A stretch of DNA of 38,738 nucleotides, from assembly GCA_045837725.1 (NCBI GenBank), contig JBEWZL010000260.1:682001-720738 (forward strand). The letters run 5' to 3'. Below are positions 12,833 through 25,099 of this stretch, piece by piece. Numbering within the stretch: the first letter of the stretch is position 1; each line of letters begins with the position of its first letter. The notes beneath the pieces were generated by a model. That model was not told the DNA's origin, ran no database searches, and worked only from the letters and a program-made list of their open reading frames with translations. The DNA is from Vermamoeba vermiformis. Its lineage: Eukaryota. The translations under genes were made by a program, and so were the position numbers.

Positions 12833-14509
12833 CTATTCATGCAGCATTTCAACCACGGATTTACTCCTCGTCACTTCGCAGTGCCACAAACGCGGCAGTT
12901 TCATCTTCAATGTCTCTTCGTCCACGTCAAAAGTATTGTGGTAGAAAATCTCCGTGTACTGCAGAGATGTCAAAGATGTCAAAATGACACCTGAAATTTT
13001 CTTTCGGAGGTGCATTTGTAAGTTGGTTAAATGAGATAAACTTCTTAAATATGGCAATTTCTTATCGCTTAATGACGCATCGTGAAGTATCAATGTTTCT
13101 AGTGTCGTAATATTTGATATTGATTTCAGAAATTTGCCTTTGATCCGCATCATAATCTCGAGTTTTTTCAGCGGTAAATGACGAAGGTTCTTTTGGTCTA
13201 AATATAACTGTTGATATAATCCAATGCATCTGAGCTCTTCTAGATGAACTAACTTGTCAACGTGAAATTTCACTTTGGGCCATTTGTTCGTGCAAAGAGT
13301 TAGAGATTTTAAGCTGGTCATTTGTTCTATTATTTTAACGTCCTCTATTGTAGCAATAGTAATTTGTAATGAAGTTAGTGCTGACAGCTTGAGTAACTGC
13401 TGTGAATGATGTACTTCGCTATTAATTTTCAATTCCATGATGCTCGATAAGTGCGTCAAGTGATTCAAATTGAGCATTGGATATGCCTCTAGTCTAGTGA
13501 GTTTAGGGCCAATAATATAAGGAAGTATTGGACACTCGTTCAGATCTTGTTGTTGGAACACTGAATATCCAAAACATTCCAAGCTCGTCAACGCTGTCAT
13601 AAATTGAAAATCATCGATATTTCCAAGATTTGATAGTGACATTCGAAGAATTTGCAGTTTCGTGAGTGTTGCTAACGTTGATATCATTTGTTGATCTGTC
13701 GTACTAAATCTCAATTCCAAGTTGGTTAAATTCGTTAATGAGATCAACGGAATAAAGTTTCGCGTGCGTAACATCAATGCTTCCAAATTAGGCAATGTTG
13801 GGAACGCTTTCAGTTTGCACTCTGCCACAAATTGATAGTCCAAGAACTTCAATTGTTTCAAGCTGCTAAATCGCTCAAAGTTCGTATTGAGGCACCTAGA
13901 ACGTCCATTTTGTATAGTTAGGGCTGTCAATAAGTGAGGGCATTGAATATCGTGCAGCGGATCTGCTACTTGTGTCAGTTTGACGTTTTCGCCGAACATC
14001 CATGAAAGGCTGACGAGCTTTGAGAAGCACCGCAAGTTAACGATCGATTCTTTTTCTTCGGCGTATAGTTTTAATTGCGTTAAATTGACGAATGATGTGA
14101 GAAGTTTGTCGGGGACACCGAACGGGACTGTTTCCAAATTTGTTAATGCAGTTAATGGCTCGAAATCTACGTCTGAAGTCGTCGGAATGATCTGTCGAGT
14201 ATTGATAGATATTAATTGCGTTAATTTAGACAATTCTTCGAAATGCCTTCGTTCCAATGCGAGTTTGTGGTGCGTGAACGAGATCCGAATAGGGCAGTTG
14301 TACTTTTTCAGTCGCTGAACTATCTGGTCGAATTGACTATTCGTTGTATAATAAAAATTGAAATTATATGTATCGTTGATTACTCTGCACCAATCTTCGT
14401 TTGCAAGTCTCAAAGCACGAGCTGATCTGTCATCCAAAAAATTGATAATGTTCAATTTTATTTCTACTGGCAGGTCCTCCATATCCGACGGTAAAATACT
14501 TTGCTCCAT
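12833..14509 (-). CDS. Intronless F-box/leucine-rich-repeat protein (558 aa)
   Basis: F-box MEDLPVEIKLNIINFLDDRSARALRLANEDW followed by many LxxLxxLxxLxL repeats. Confidence 0.9.
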   Translation of the reverse strand: MEQSILPSDMEDLPVEIKLNIINFLDDRSARALRLANEDWCRVINDTYNFNFYYTTNSQFDQIVQRLKKYNCPIRISFTHHKLALERRHFEELSKLTQLISINTRQIIPTTSDVDFEPLTALTNLETVPFGVPDKLLTSFVNLTQLKLYAEEKESIVNLRCFSKLVSLSWMFGENVKLTQVADPLHDIQCPHLLTALTIQNGRSRCLNTNFERFSSLKQLKFLDYQFVAECKLKAFPTLPNLEALMLRTRNFIPLISLTNLTNLELRFSTTDQQMISTLATLTKLQILRMSLSNLGNIDDFQFMTALTSLECFGYSVFQQQDLNECPILPYIIGPKLTRLEAYPMLNLNHLTHLSSIMELKINSEVHHSQQLLKLSALTSLQITIATIEDVKIIEQMTSLKSLTLCTNKWPKVKFHVDKLVHLEELRCIGLYQQLYLDQKNLRHLPLKKLEIMMRIKGKFLKSISNITTLETLILHDASLSDKKLPYLRSLSHLTNLQMHLRKKISGVILTSLTSLQYTEIFYHNTFDVDEETLKMKLPRLWHCEVTRSKSVVEMLHE

Positions 14510-14942
14510 TTTAACCTTATTAAATTAATTTTAGCAATTCAGGATTAACAAATCGATTACCATTAGATTAATAATAATTTTTGATTAGAAAAGCCCTTAC
14601 CCACCGGGAGATCGAATTTACTGCATTCTACGTATCATGAAAATAACAATTATAGTGCATTATTGTTCGTGTTATTAGTGATTTAAGAAAATGTGACCGT
14701 AAGAAGGTCATTTTGATGTATTATACAAACAATTTATTTTCGACTCCAAATAAGGCTAAGTTATATTTACGCAAAGCCGGCGACTACCAGTATAATCGTG
14801 AGCCGCTGATGAGTTCATTTGCACACGGCAAAATTTTGTTGTGTTCCAGCAGAAGTACGCTCCTTGGGAATATGCGAAATAGGCGTGATATGAGGGTTGA
14901 GGCTCAGGTTGAGGTGGTGCAACTGGGGCTGCTTGGGTGGAT

Positions 14943-15146
14943 CTACGTTGACAGGCGTGGATGCGACTGGGCGGTGAGGATTTGGCGCTCCTTATTCAAC
15001 GCCTCCAAGAGAGCTGCGTGGGCGGCGGCAATCTTCTCGCCACTGGGATTGTTATCGAGACGAGCTTTGACGAACCCCTTGAACTTGTCGCGGATTGGAG
15101 CAATCAGCTTTTCCAGATCGCGGTATCTGTTGGTGGAGAGCGACAT
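14943..15146 (-). CDS. Small hypothetical helical protein (possibly truncated or frameshifted)
   Basis: MSLSTNRYRDLEKLIAPIRDKFKGFVKARLD..., coding-like composition; a Pro-rich stretch (QAAPVAPPQPEPQP) follows the stop in another frame. Confidence 0.35.
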   Translation of the reverse strand: MSLSTNRYRDLEKLIAPIRDKFKGFVKARLDNNPSGEKIAAAHAALLEALNKERQILTAQSHPRLST

Positions 15147-15417
15147 TTGCAATGTTTCGTTATATTTGGTAAAGTAAAATAATGGAATTTGACGGCAGGT
15201 TTCGTGCGCTGGCAAAACGTGACTGTGTGAGCTGAATTCTTTGAACGTGATCACGGAATTAGACCAGCTGGCATACCTCGCTCGAAATGCTCGCATAGCA
15301 TAGTTTTTATCAGCAATAATATAAAACCAAGAAAAATATCGTTGGGTTGCGTGCAGATCTATATCTTTCGTTCAAAAAAACTTTACCTCAAACTTTTCTC
15401 GCGAGAAAAGTACAATC

Positions 15418-17155
15418 CTACGCTGCTGGCTCGGCAATAAGTGAGCTCGGACTTGGTGAAGAGGTTTGCTTCATTTGTGTCGAGTCGCTGCTCTTGCTGC
15501 TGCTGTTGCTCTTGGGTGGCACAAACGAAAAGATTTGCAACAGATACGTGGCCTGGATCCACAAGTAGCTCAAGAAAAACGGCATAGGGAAGCCATAGGG
15601 CGTGTGGTAGAAGTTGGTGAATGTAATGGCATACATTACGATTGCAAACGAATTCGAGAGGCCAGCGATCATGATCATAATGGATGACTGCATTACGAGG
15701 CACATGAGCTAAATCACGTGACGATAGATATCTTACCTTTCTTAGTCGAGTTGCGCCTTTCGAGGCCACGTTTTGTCTGTTCTGCAATTTGATGAGAATT
15801 CGGATTGTCGACCACAAGAACACCACGACAATGGTGACGGCCACGCAAGCTGAGATGGCAATGCCGACAATGGTCAGCGTATTCAAATCCAAAAATGCAG
15901 CGCGGAGAGCACTACAAGAGTTCATTAACATCAATAAACGATTGCCGTGTAAAGCCTTACCTGTTGACAATCTCAATAGCCCAGAGAACAATGATTGCAA
16001 TGATGTACGGCACTTTGAACTTTTGCAGTACTTTGAGAACTCTCGTGTCTTTTTTCTTGATGAGTTCGAGCCAATAGAACGTGATTAGCAGCGTCAAGGT
16101 GTAGGCAGCTGTGACGGGTGACGAAACAAAAAAGCTGCCCGCTGCAAAGGTCAAAATCTCCTTGGTCCAAAACGGATCCAAAGGAATCATCACGCCCATC
16201 ACTAGCAGAAATCAATTGTTATTAAACAAGCCTAACTATGATTGGCTTACCTAATGAAGCGATTATAATGAGTATTAGGAGCACCTTGGCCAAGTTCATC
16301 GGTTGCCACTTTCTGAACATGTCCGTAAATAGCAACAACTTCCACAATGCACACGCAATCACTGCAGCACTGCCAGCTGTGCATATGACCGTCATAACAG
16401 TGGAAAACGTGGCATATACCTCGGTCCAAGTATTGGGATCTAAAAATAGACCGTCCAGTTACAATTGTTTTGTTCAAGGTTATCTTTATCTATCTTTACT
16501 TACCGCAACACCTCATCGTGACTGTAATGATTTCTCCGTTTTTTAATTGGTTGTAGAGTTCTGTGCCAAGACTCTGTATAATTTCAACCGCTGCAATATC
16601 GATTCCAGAGAGATCCGTGCCGTCAAAAATCAACTCTATACGGCCAGGCTTATAGGCTAAATTTATATTAGTTCCAGTCTTTTTCTTAAGTTCGATCTGT
16701 AAGTCTTCTCTTCGATCAGATCGAAAAGGCAGAAAGTCCAGTTGTAGAGCCAACTTACTCCAAAATCGATTAAACATAACGACACCACGAGCACCAGCAG
16801 CCGCTTCTTTTCGGATTAAGGTCTCCCACGTAGCACCTGCGACTGGCGAAACGAGCACAATACTGTTGCTTTTGTCTACATTACTATCGAAAGCAACTAG
16901 AGGCGCTGTAAATTCCGCAAAGGAAGGTCCTATTAACGGATTGGTTATTAAGGTAGGTATTTTTGATAAACGATTTAATTAACGTAATTTATTTTAGTAA
17001 TTGTGTTGATGCTACCGATAGTACGTACCTTTAAAAAAGCGCGTAATGCCGGTGGCCTCTGCATTAAATGTCGCTGTCGAGTTGGTGATGGTAATCTCTG
17101 CCCGTGCCAAGGTGCAGATGAGCGCGAGAAAAGTTAACACTCGCAGTAAAAGCAT
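15418..17155 (-). CDS. Signal peptide + PA (protease-associated)-like ectodomain + seven-transmembrane receptor-like protein
   Basis: Signal MLLLRVLTFLALICTLARA; PA-like SIVLV...AAAGARGVVMFN...IDIAAVEIIQSLGTELYNQL; seven hydrophobic segments across spliced exons; Ser-rich cytosolic tail. Confidence 0.75.
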
Positions 17156-17292
17156 TGCCAAGTGTTATAATTATAGTGTCGTTATCATTAAATCAAATAA
17201 ATCATAATTTATGATTCAAGTTTTCGCAGTGCTTTTGCGCCAAATTCCTTTTTAGGCAAATCGAATTTATTCCAATTTTAAATTGATATCAA

Positions 17293-19124
17293 TTAATTGC
17301 TAGCGGCGTTAAAATCAAGACTAAGATCGGGAAATTGATCCGAAGGCAATTCGCCTTCGCCAAACATTCCAAAAATGTCACTCACATCTGCGTCGGGCAA
17401 ATTAACAAACTTGGGTTCAGTTGCCACTGGCTTTGACTCTGAGGGTTGCATTTGAGACACGTATGCGAGGAAAGGATTCCAACGATATTCTAAGGGCCAC
17501 ATCTCGTCGGTTTGGTCGTAGTTGGTGAGTCGATCCAGAATAAAATGCATTCCTGGGAACGAGTCTATGACTTGGTTGATGACAGCAACGAGCTAATTGA
17601 TACGTCAGTTAGAGAGCAACCTTAAGGCATCGTCGTACCTTGTTTAATTCGCCTGCAAGACCCAAGGCCAAAAACATGCGACCCGTCATGTTGAGCAGTG
17701 ACAGCGTGAAGTAGTCGAACACTTTGCGCTGCGAGAACTGTTCGATCAAGCTCTCACTCTCTTTGAGCGCAAGTTCTTTGTCGCCGCGCAAGCTGTACTT
17801 CATTATGCGCATCAAACTCATCGGTAACGTGAGCCGACTGACGCGAGTGTTAGTCTCAAGCCTCAGAGCCACCACACATAGTTGTAAGTACTTACCTCTT
17901 CATCCAGCCCTGCGTGTTGGCAGTGATGACTTCCAACTCTTCGATGGCACCAAGGACATCAGGGCAATCACCACCCAAGATCGAGTAGAACACTTTGATG
18001 GAGCGACACACGTCCAGGGCAGTGGACATGTTCTGACGTGATTGCCACTTTTTTGCGCGTTCCCAGAGCTCTGCGGTACTCTTCTTCAGCTTGTCACTGT
18101 GCCATGTTAGTACTAACATAAGGAATGACCGTAACAAAAATACGTACACTGAAGTGCAGAAATCGATGCGCGAGAAGTAATAGGAGATCTTGATCATTTG
18201 AGCTTGTATGAGCGCGTATTGCGAGAACGGACCGCCGTAATTGACCATATTCGAATAACCATTGCTGCGCTGGGCTTTGATGAGCGAGGACGAAATGTTC
18301 TTCGCCAAGTTCAAGAAGTTGCTGGCCGGCATGAACTCGAACAACATCATGTGGAAACTACCTAGCATTGTAAAGCCCAATGCTGCATTGATAGTACAGC
18401 TGGACATCATTTCTGGCACATATTTTCTACGAGATCACGCGACTTCGGTTAGCATCAAACGAGAATAGACAATGGCGAGCATCTAATTTATATTATCTAA
18501 ATAAATACCTGACTTGTTGCATTAATATGCGGCCTTGTTCTGAGTGTCCAACAGTCAAAGCAGCAAAAGAGAGCGTGGAGAGTATTCTAAACTTCGTCTC
18601 GTCACCTAATATTAATAGTATCATAGTATTTAACAATTGGTAATCACAAATAGAATCATGTTTAGGTTAGGGTTGACATACCAAATGAACTCGATAAAGC
18701 TGAAGGATCGGGGACGGAGAAAGGAATAAATTGGTATTCAGACGTTTGCCGGTAAGCTTCCGTATAGTAACTAGCAAGCGCCATCAAATCAGAAATATAT
18801 CTGGGCGAAGAATCGGGTTCAATCTTCGGTTGATGGGCTTGCGCGGGAACTAAATCCGGATTTCAATTAAAAAATGTCAATTTTCGCTTCAATGATTTTG
18901 TTAAAATTACCTGTTACCGGCAAAATATCTTTCTTAGTATCGCTTTTCTTTTTAAAACCTCCACGAGTTTTTGCGTGAACGTACTGGCATTCTAGCTTGA
19001 GATTGAAACAGCGGGTGCAAGGAATTTTACCATCGCAACGACGGTGTTTGTCCCTACAATTTTTACAAGCCAACGATACATACTTGCGCGAATCAGGATC
19101 TCCTGTATTTAAATTGTCTTGCAT
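17293..19124 (-). CDS. Zn(II)2Cys6 binuclear-cluster (Gal4-type) transcription factor, multi-exon
   Basis: ACKNCRDKHRRCDGKIPCTRCFNLKLECQY fits Cx2Cx6Cx5Cx2Cx6C; basic linker KTRGGFKKK; helical middle; acidic/Phe-rich C-terminal tail. Confidence 0.9.
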
Positions 19125-19658
19125 GTATTAAGATTATGAGATCAAAAGATCTGATCGGGTTAGTGAACAAAGTACGCGTGTGTTTAACGATTCGCGACAT
19201 CCATTAAAAAGAAAAGAATGTTAGCAAGCGCCTTTAGTACCAAAAAACGGTCCCGGAAAGTTACAAAAAATTTGGCCGCATAATTCCCACAACAACCCGC
19301 ATTGATCCAACACATGAGACAAATACAGCTTAATATGCCCAAATATTCCAAAAATATTTGGGAAACGGCATTTCATTAGCTAAAGGCAAACGGGCTGAGA
19401 ATTGATCGAGATCTTTTTCTTTAACTTGGATAATTTGCCGTATTGGACATAGTTTGGTGTCTTGCGCGAATCAGGTAACAGCCGCATAATATTTATGCGA
19501 CTTTTCCAAGCTTTCAGACCAGCAATTTTTAGCCAACAGCTATTTTCGAAATTCGTGGGCAATGTAGATTTATGAAAATACCCTGCATCATTGCCTTTCT
19601 AAGATTCTATCGTTCAAACTATTTAAACCTAACTTTTATTTCATTCATTTTAACAATT

Positions 19659-21203
19659 ACGAATAACAGAATTATTTCTTATGTTCTACCCCTATTTGCT
19701 GTCGCAGTCATGCGCAGATGACTTATACCGGTGTAAACTTGTTGGTGGCGAGTTTGTAACTGTTTGCACGAGGTGCTTTCAATTTTAGTTTATTCTAACA
19801 CTTTTGTTATCAGGCCAAGTTCCCGGTCAACTCGGTACGACGTACCAATATCCCACCAACGAGATGTGATACTTCACGGCAAGGGCAGAACACCATTCGC
19901 TTGCCATTAGATGGGAACGTATGAAAAGTAGCTGCCTTCACTTGTGATTAGACGCTCGAGCACGTGCACTAACTTAGATGCAATTGAACGGACAGACAAC
20001 AAGAGTGGAGCCACATTCAGAACCTCGTGATAATACTAACACTAAGGGCGCTTACGCCATTTGGATCCAAAAGTATTGCCAACTCGTACATTATTTGCAG
20101 CGAATGTTAACACTTTGCATTAGCCAAGGACAATACAACGGTGCTCAAATCGGTTCTGATGCAGTTCGTAAGTTCATAATATCGATCATTAATCTTCGTG
20201 CCACCTAACACGTGCTTATTAGCTGCTGCCGCTTTTGCTGATTTCTGGGCCAAACTCGCAGCCATGTACAAGAACAATCAAAAAGTGATCTTTGGCTTGA
20301 TGAACGATCCCAATTCTATAGATTCCGCTGTTTGGAAAGGCATTTGCAACACGGTCATTGCCGCCATCCGTCAAACTGGCGCTCAAAACTTGATTCTCGT
20401 GCCTCCTGTTGAGTGGAGCAGAGTTCAACAATGGAGTACTAACCCCGGCACTCCTCAATCTGTTGGCATGCTAGGTATTGTCGATTCCGCTAACAACTTT
20501 GCCTACGAAGTACATCAATTCTTGAACCCCGAAGGCAGTGGTTTGACCGACGATTGTGTCGGCCCTGATATCGGTCAACAGTTCTTGACTGAGTTCACTA
20601 CCTGGTGCCGTCAACACGGCTTCAAGGCTGTTCTCACTGAGATGGGTATCGCTAACAACGACGGCTGCCGCACTGCCTTCAGCAACCTCCTCGACTGGCT
20701 CGATGCCAACAAAGACGTCTGGGCTGGTTGGACTTACTGGTCTGCTGGTCCCATGTGGGGTGGCTGGAGCTACTCTCTTCAACCTGCTGACGGCGTGGAC
20801 AAGCCTCAACTCGCGCTCATGACTACTCATCTTGCCCCCGCTCCTACTCCCACTGTCGTCGCTCCAGTGACTCAAGTATGTCATAACTTTATTGTTGATT
20901 AGCGCTTGGTATTGACTATTGATTTAGACTCCTCAAGCCACTACTCCTCAAACTACCACTCCTCAATCTACCACTCCCGAATCGACCACTACCCCTCAGT
21001 CCACTACTACTCCTCAATCGACTACCGAGCCTCAGACTCAAGCTCCTACTAGCGTCGAGACTCCTGTCGTTGTCACCACGCCCTCTGTGGTCGTTACTCC
21101 CACGCGCAACAACAACAATAACAACGTGTCTGCCTCTGACAGCGTTCACAGCAAAATTTTGGTGGGGCTTTTGTCGGCTCTTAGCTTCATCATTCTGATG
21201 TAA
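19659..21203 (+). pseudogene. GH5 endoglucanase (cellulase) gene with Thr/Pro/Ser linker and C-terminal membrane/GPI-type anchor; 5' exons frameshifted and acid/base Glu replaced by Asp
   Basis: Fragments TYTGVNL.GGEF, YQYPT, NTIRLP.RWER and KGAYAI.DP lie in shifting frames. Large intact exon has VIFGLMNDP, NFAYEVHQFL, LTEMG, WAGWTYWSAGPMW, then TTPQS repeats and a hydrophobic tail. GH5 identity is strong; pseudogene versus assembly error is unresolved. Confidence 0.75.
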
Positions 21204-21257
21204 ATTTTTGTATAGCAGTTAATTACTAGTAATCAATTAGTTTAATAAATCAATTTG

Positions 21258-22514
21258 TTATAAAACAATTTGCGTGCCGTTGTGTGGTCGGCAGAATTCA
21301 GCTTTGAGATTGCTCAGTTCCCAAAGATCAATGTACTGCAACAACAAGCGTACACGTGCATCGTTGAAGTTGAAGTCCCACCAGCCCAATCGAGACTGCA
21401 TGGGTGATTAGTAATGCAACTAACTCGCTTCGGTGCACTTACTTGGCTGTGGATCCACACCATGGTGACACCAGCCTCGCATTGGAATTTGAGGGCGAGG
21501 TCGTCGGGATAGCCTTGGAACGTTGTCAAGCAGCGAGCGTGAAGGAAACTAACTGCGTGTTAGTGACTGTAGAAGTATCGATATTTGTGCGTACCCGATA
21601 GACTCGTTGTAGGCGATGACTTTGCAGCCCAATCCGCTTCTGATGACCTCCACGAACATTGCAGTAACATCGCTCAATGTACCGTTGTACGTTGGGACTG
21701 TGAGGCACGGGTCTGCGCCGTTGTTCGTGTACGGGTTTGGAATGCCAGGGCCGGCGCGTACCTGCGCGTGTCAGCAAGCTATAGGCACGCCTTAGTAATT
21801 ACTACTTACGCAGTTCAAAATGGTTAAGTTTTGCGAGTTTTCAGCGCATTTGTAAGGGAAATCTTTCCAATCCGGATCAGGCGCCTAGCGTACGATTAAC
21901 AAGACGTAGAGTCACATTCAATTTACTTACATTAACATGAATTCTCAATAAAGTGGACTGGTACCAAATAAGCACGGCTTGAGCACCCAAAACGATCAAT
22001 AACAAAAGCACGAACTTGAAAATTTCGAAACCGGTCAATCCGCTGTTGTACGATCTGACATTCCAGCGCGATGTCACTAATAGCATTAATAACTAATTAA
22101 TATTTGCCAAAATTACTTACCGTAATAAATGACGCAAATGCCAAATACAAAGCCGCTAGCTGCAGACAAAAACACTCCGTAATGGAAGATCCACGTTGCG
22201 TGAATAATCAGTAGAATAAAGCTAAAAAACTACGGAAAAATTAGTTACGTGAATGGCGTGGTAAATTTATAACGATTAATTGAATTAAATTGAAGATATT
22301 TTTAGTTTTATTGTTTTTAACGATAATATTTAACGCTAAATGCAATAAACATTTTCTGCCATACCGAGAATAATACGGAAGTGTAGAAAAGAGGATTTCG
22401 CCACCACAAGTGAATTTTGCCGGGAGGAACGTATTTGTTGTGGGGATCATTACCAAGTAAGGTAGTGGTCTCTCCGTCGTCAATGTCTCGGTTCTGTATC
22501 GTCGGTGAGGACAT
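21258..22514 (-). CDS. DUF1499-family protein with N-terminal transmembrane segments, multi-exon
   Basis: About three hydrophobic segments, then TTFQGYPDDLALKF...VWIHSQ|SRLGWWDFNFNDARVRLLL, matching the DUF1499 pattern GFxDD...SxSRxGxxDxxxNxxR. Confidence 0.75.
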
Positions 22515-23084
22515 TGTTAATAAATATAAGGCGCGATCTGGCTGTGATGCGCTTGCTGAACAAAAATGAAAAAGAGAAAAACAAAATCTTCTGAAACAAC
22601 GCAACACACGTGCGCCTCAATCAGTAACTGAAATTGATTGCGCAAGATAATAATTCTTGCGTAAAAGAATGACGAAGGAAGCAAACAACACCAGTTTAAT
22701 TAAGTTTGATCACGATCGTGCCGTCAAAGCTCACGTATCGCCAAAATTAATCCCGCTTAACGGTAATTATTAATACCTAAATCTTTGACGTCTGTATTAA
22801 TAAACAGACGCATGTTTTGCTTTTTCATAATTTGTATTTTTATAAATTCATTAAATAATGACGGCGAAACAATCCTTACGAATTATTTAGTGCCTTATTA
22901 GTTAAATCGGTAATTTGAGTGTTTGCTAGAAATTTGGATAAAGCGATTCGGACGAACTGCCCACGAAATCCACTGCCAATTCGGCTGGTGCTCTCCAGAC
23001 GCTCGTCTATAAAACTGGATTGTTTTGGCCATTAATGCAACACCATAATTTACGAAGAGTCACCACAAAAGAGCGTCATACAAC

Positions 23085-25031
23085 ATGTAAGTTCGAACTA
23101 ACTTTCAACTGCGATGTTCTAACTCGGTTTTAGGGCGAAGAAAACAATTAATATGGGACAGCTCATCGCTGTCAATGGTCTAGGAGGTCTAATATTCGGC
23201 TATAACACAGGTACTCCGCCCGTACAGTTTTTAATCATTTTCTTAATTTATCAACAAAAATATTTGCTAGCAATGATTAATATAAATTCAATCTAGGTGT
23301 TATTGCCCTCGCATTATCGTATATTGCCGAGGAGTTCAACTTGTCGTCTATTCTGCAAGGAGTTCTTACGGCGAGTATTCTCGTTGGTGCGTTGATTGGA
23401 TCCGCTACGTCAGGTAAATTTCAACCCAAGCGAAATTGATACTATTATTCCGCATATATACTTCATGTTTACTTAATTACTTTTGACTTATGCGCTTAAT
23501 TAGGCATCATTTGCGATAAAATCGGTCGAAAGAAGACGATCCTCATGCTGAGCATCATCACAATCGGCGGAGCAATCTTTTCCATGTTCTCGCCATTGTA
23601 TGCCGTGCTCTGTGTTGCACGCGCAATCCTTGGATATGGTATGTGTCTCTCTTATCGGCAAAGTCCTCAATTTGGATCTGTTGCGTGATTTTTCGAGTTT
23701 TCTGAAGTCTAATCGCAATTATTTAATGAAATTATAGCTGTCGGCGCAGCATCAGTCGCGTGTCCAATGTACGTGTCGGAGATGGCAAAGGTTAAGCACC
23801 GCGGAAGATTGGGAATTGTATTTCAGATCGCGGTCACGCTCGGAATTTTCCTCGGTTATATTGTTCAATACGGCCTCAATCGCGGCAACATTCAAGGAGG
23901 TATGACAACGAGAATATTGTGGTGTTTTCGATAAATTTCTGACTTTGCAAAGATTGGTACTGGAACTGGCGAGCTGGATTTGGCATTGGAGCGGTGTTTG
24001 GCGTGGGCTGCCTGATCTTGTCGTTCCTCATTCCCGAGTCCGAGCATTGGCTCGAAGCTGTGCGCGTGGCCCGTGAAAATAACACGAAACACTCGTCGGG
24101 CTGGGGCACTTTCTTCAAGCCTCGCTACGGCAAGTTCGTGGGTCTCGGCTTTATGTTGGCTATCAGCTTGCAGTTGACTGGTGCGTAGATTCAGCACACG
24201 GTCAGCGTGCCTAGTTGCGGACTAACAGTTCCTTGTAGGTGTGAATGCCATTATGTACTACGCACCCAAGATTTTGACGGGCGCTGGCTTCAACATTGAG
24301 GACGTATTAACTTTGGTGCGTGCAATGAGTGCCTTCGTTATTGTTACTCATTTCTCACGTTACTATTCAATAGATCGTTGGTGCGTGGAACTTTGTCGTC
24401 ACATTCTTCCCTCTGCTGCTCGTTGACCGCGCAGGTCGCAAGCCACTGATGATCGCTGGTCTCTCCATCATGTGCGGCAGTTTGATTCTCGTTGCAGCAT
24501 CGTTCTTTGCCAAGGTAAGTCTTTCTATTATCTTACTAGTTTCGTGTATTCATACCATTCAGGATCCGTTTGCGAACGGCATTATCGCAATCGTGGGCAT
24601 CGGTGTCTTCTTGTTTGGCTTCGAAACAGGTCCAGGGTACGTCTGATATCTATTTCATGCTCAATTCGTGTGGCTAATCATGCGACAGAACTAATTTCTG
24701 GGTGCTCGTCAACGAAGTTTTCCCCAACGAAGTGCGTGCCGGTGCGAACAGTTTCATCAATATGTTGCAGTGGCTCTTGAACGTCGCGTTGGCTCTTGCA
24801 TTCCCGCCACTTGTGGATGCTATCGGAGTCTCAAACACTTTTTGGATCTTTGCAGGTATTGGAGTGCTGTGCTTGATCTACATTGTAATTTCAGTGAATG
24901 AAAGCAAGGGCAGTGAGCTCGGTAAGACAGATGTTGGTGGCTTGCACAAGAAGGATGGCAAGGCAGTGCACGCTGATATTGAAAATCCTGAGGTCAAAGC
25001 TGTTGATACTCCTGCACCTCAAGCTGCATAA
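23085..25031 (+). CDS. MFS sugar porter family transporter, multi-exon
   Basis: GGLIFGYNTGVI, DKIGRK, PMYVSEMA..HRGRLG..FQ, WRAGFG, IPESE, QLTGVNAIMYYAPKIL, VDRAGRKPL, NEVFPNEVRA, ESKG. Confidence 0.95.
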
Positions 25032-25099
25032 TCCATGTAAATAAATGCAAAATTTTGGTTTAATTGTTTGGTTGTGGCAATTGCTCTTAAACAAGCCAC

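Noticed and set aside
19700-20075. Insertional RNA editing to repair the GH5 frameshifts
   Set aside because: Known for myxomycete and kinetoplastid mitochondria, not nuclear spliced genes; neighbouring genes need no editing; error or decay is simpler
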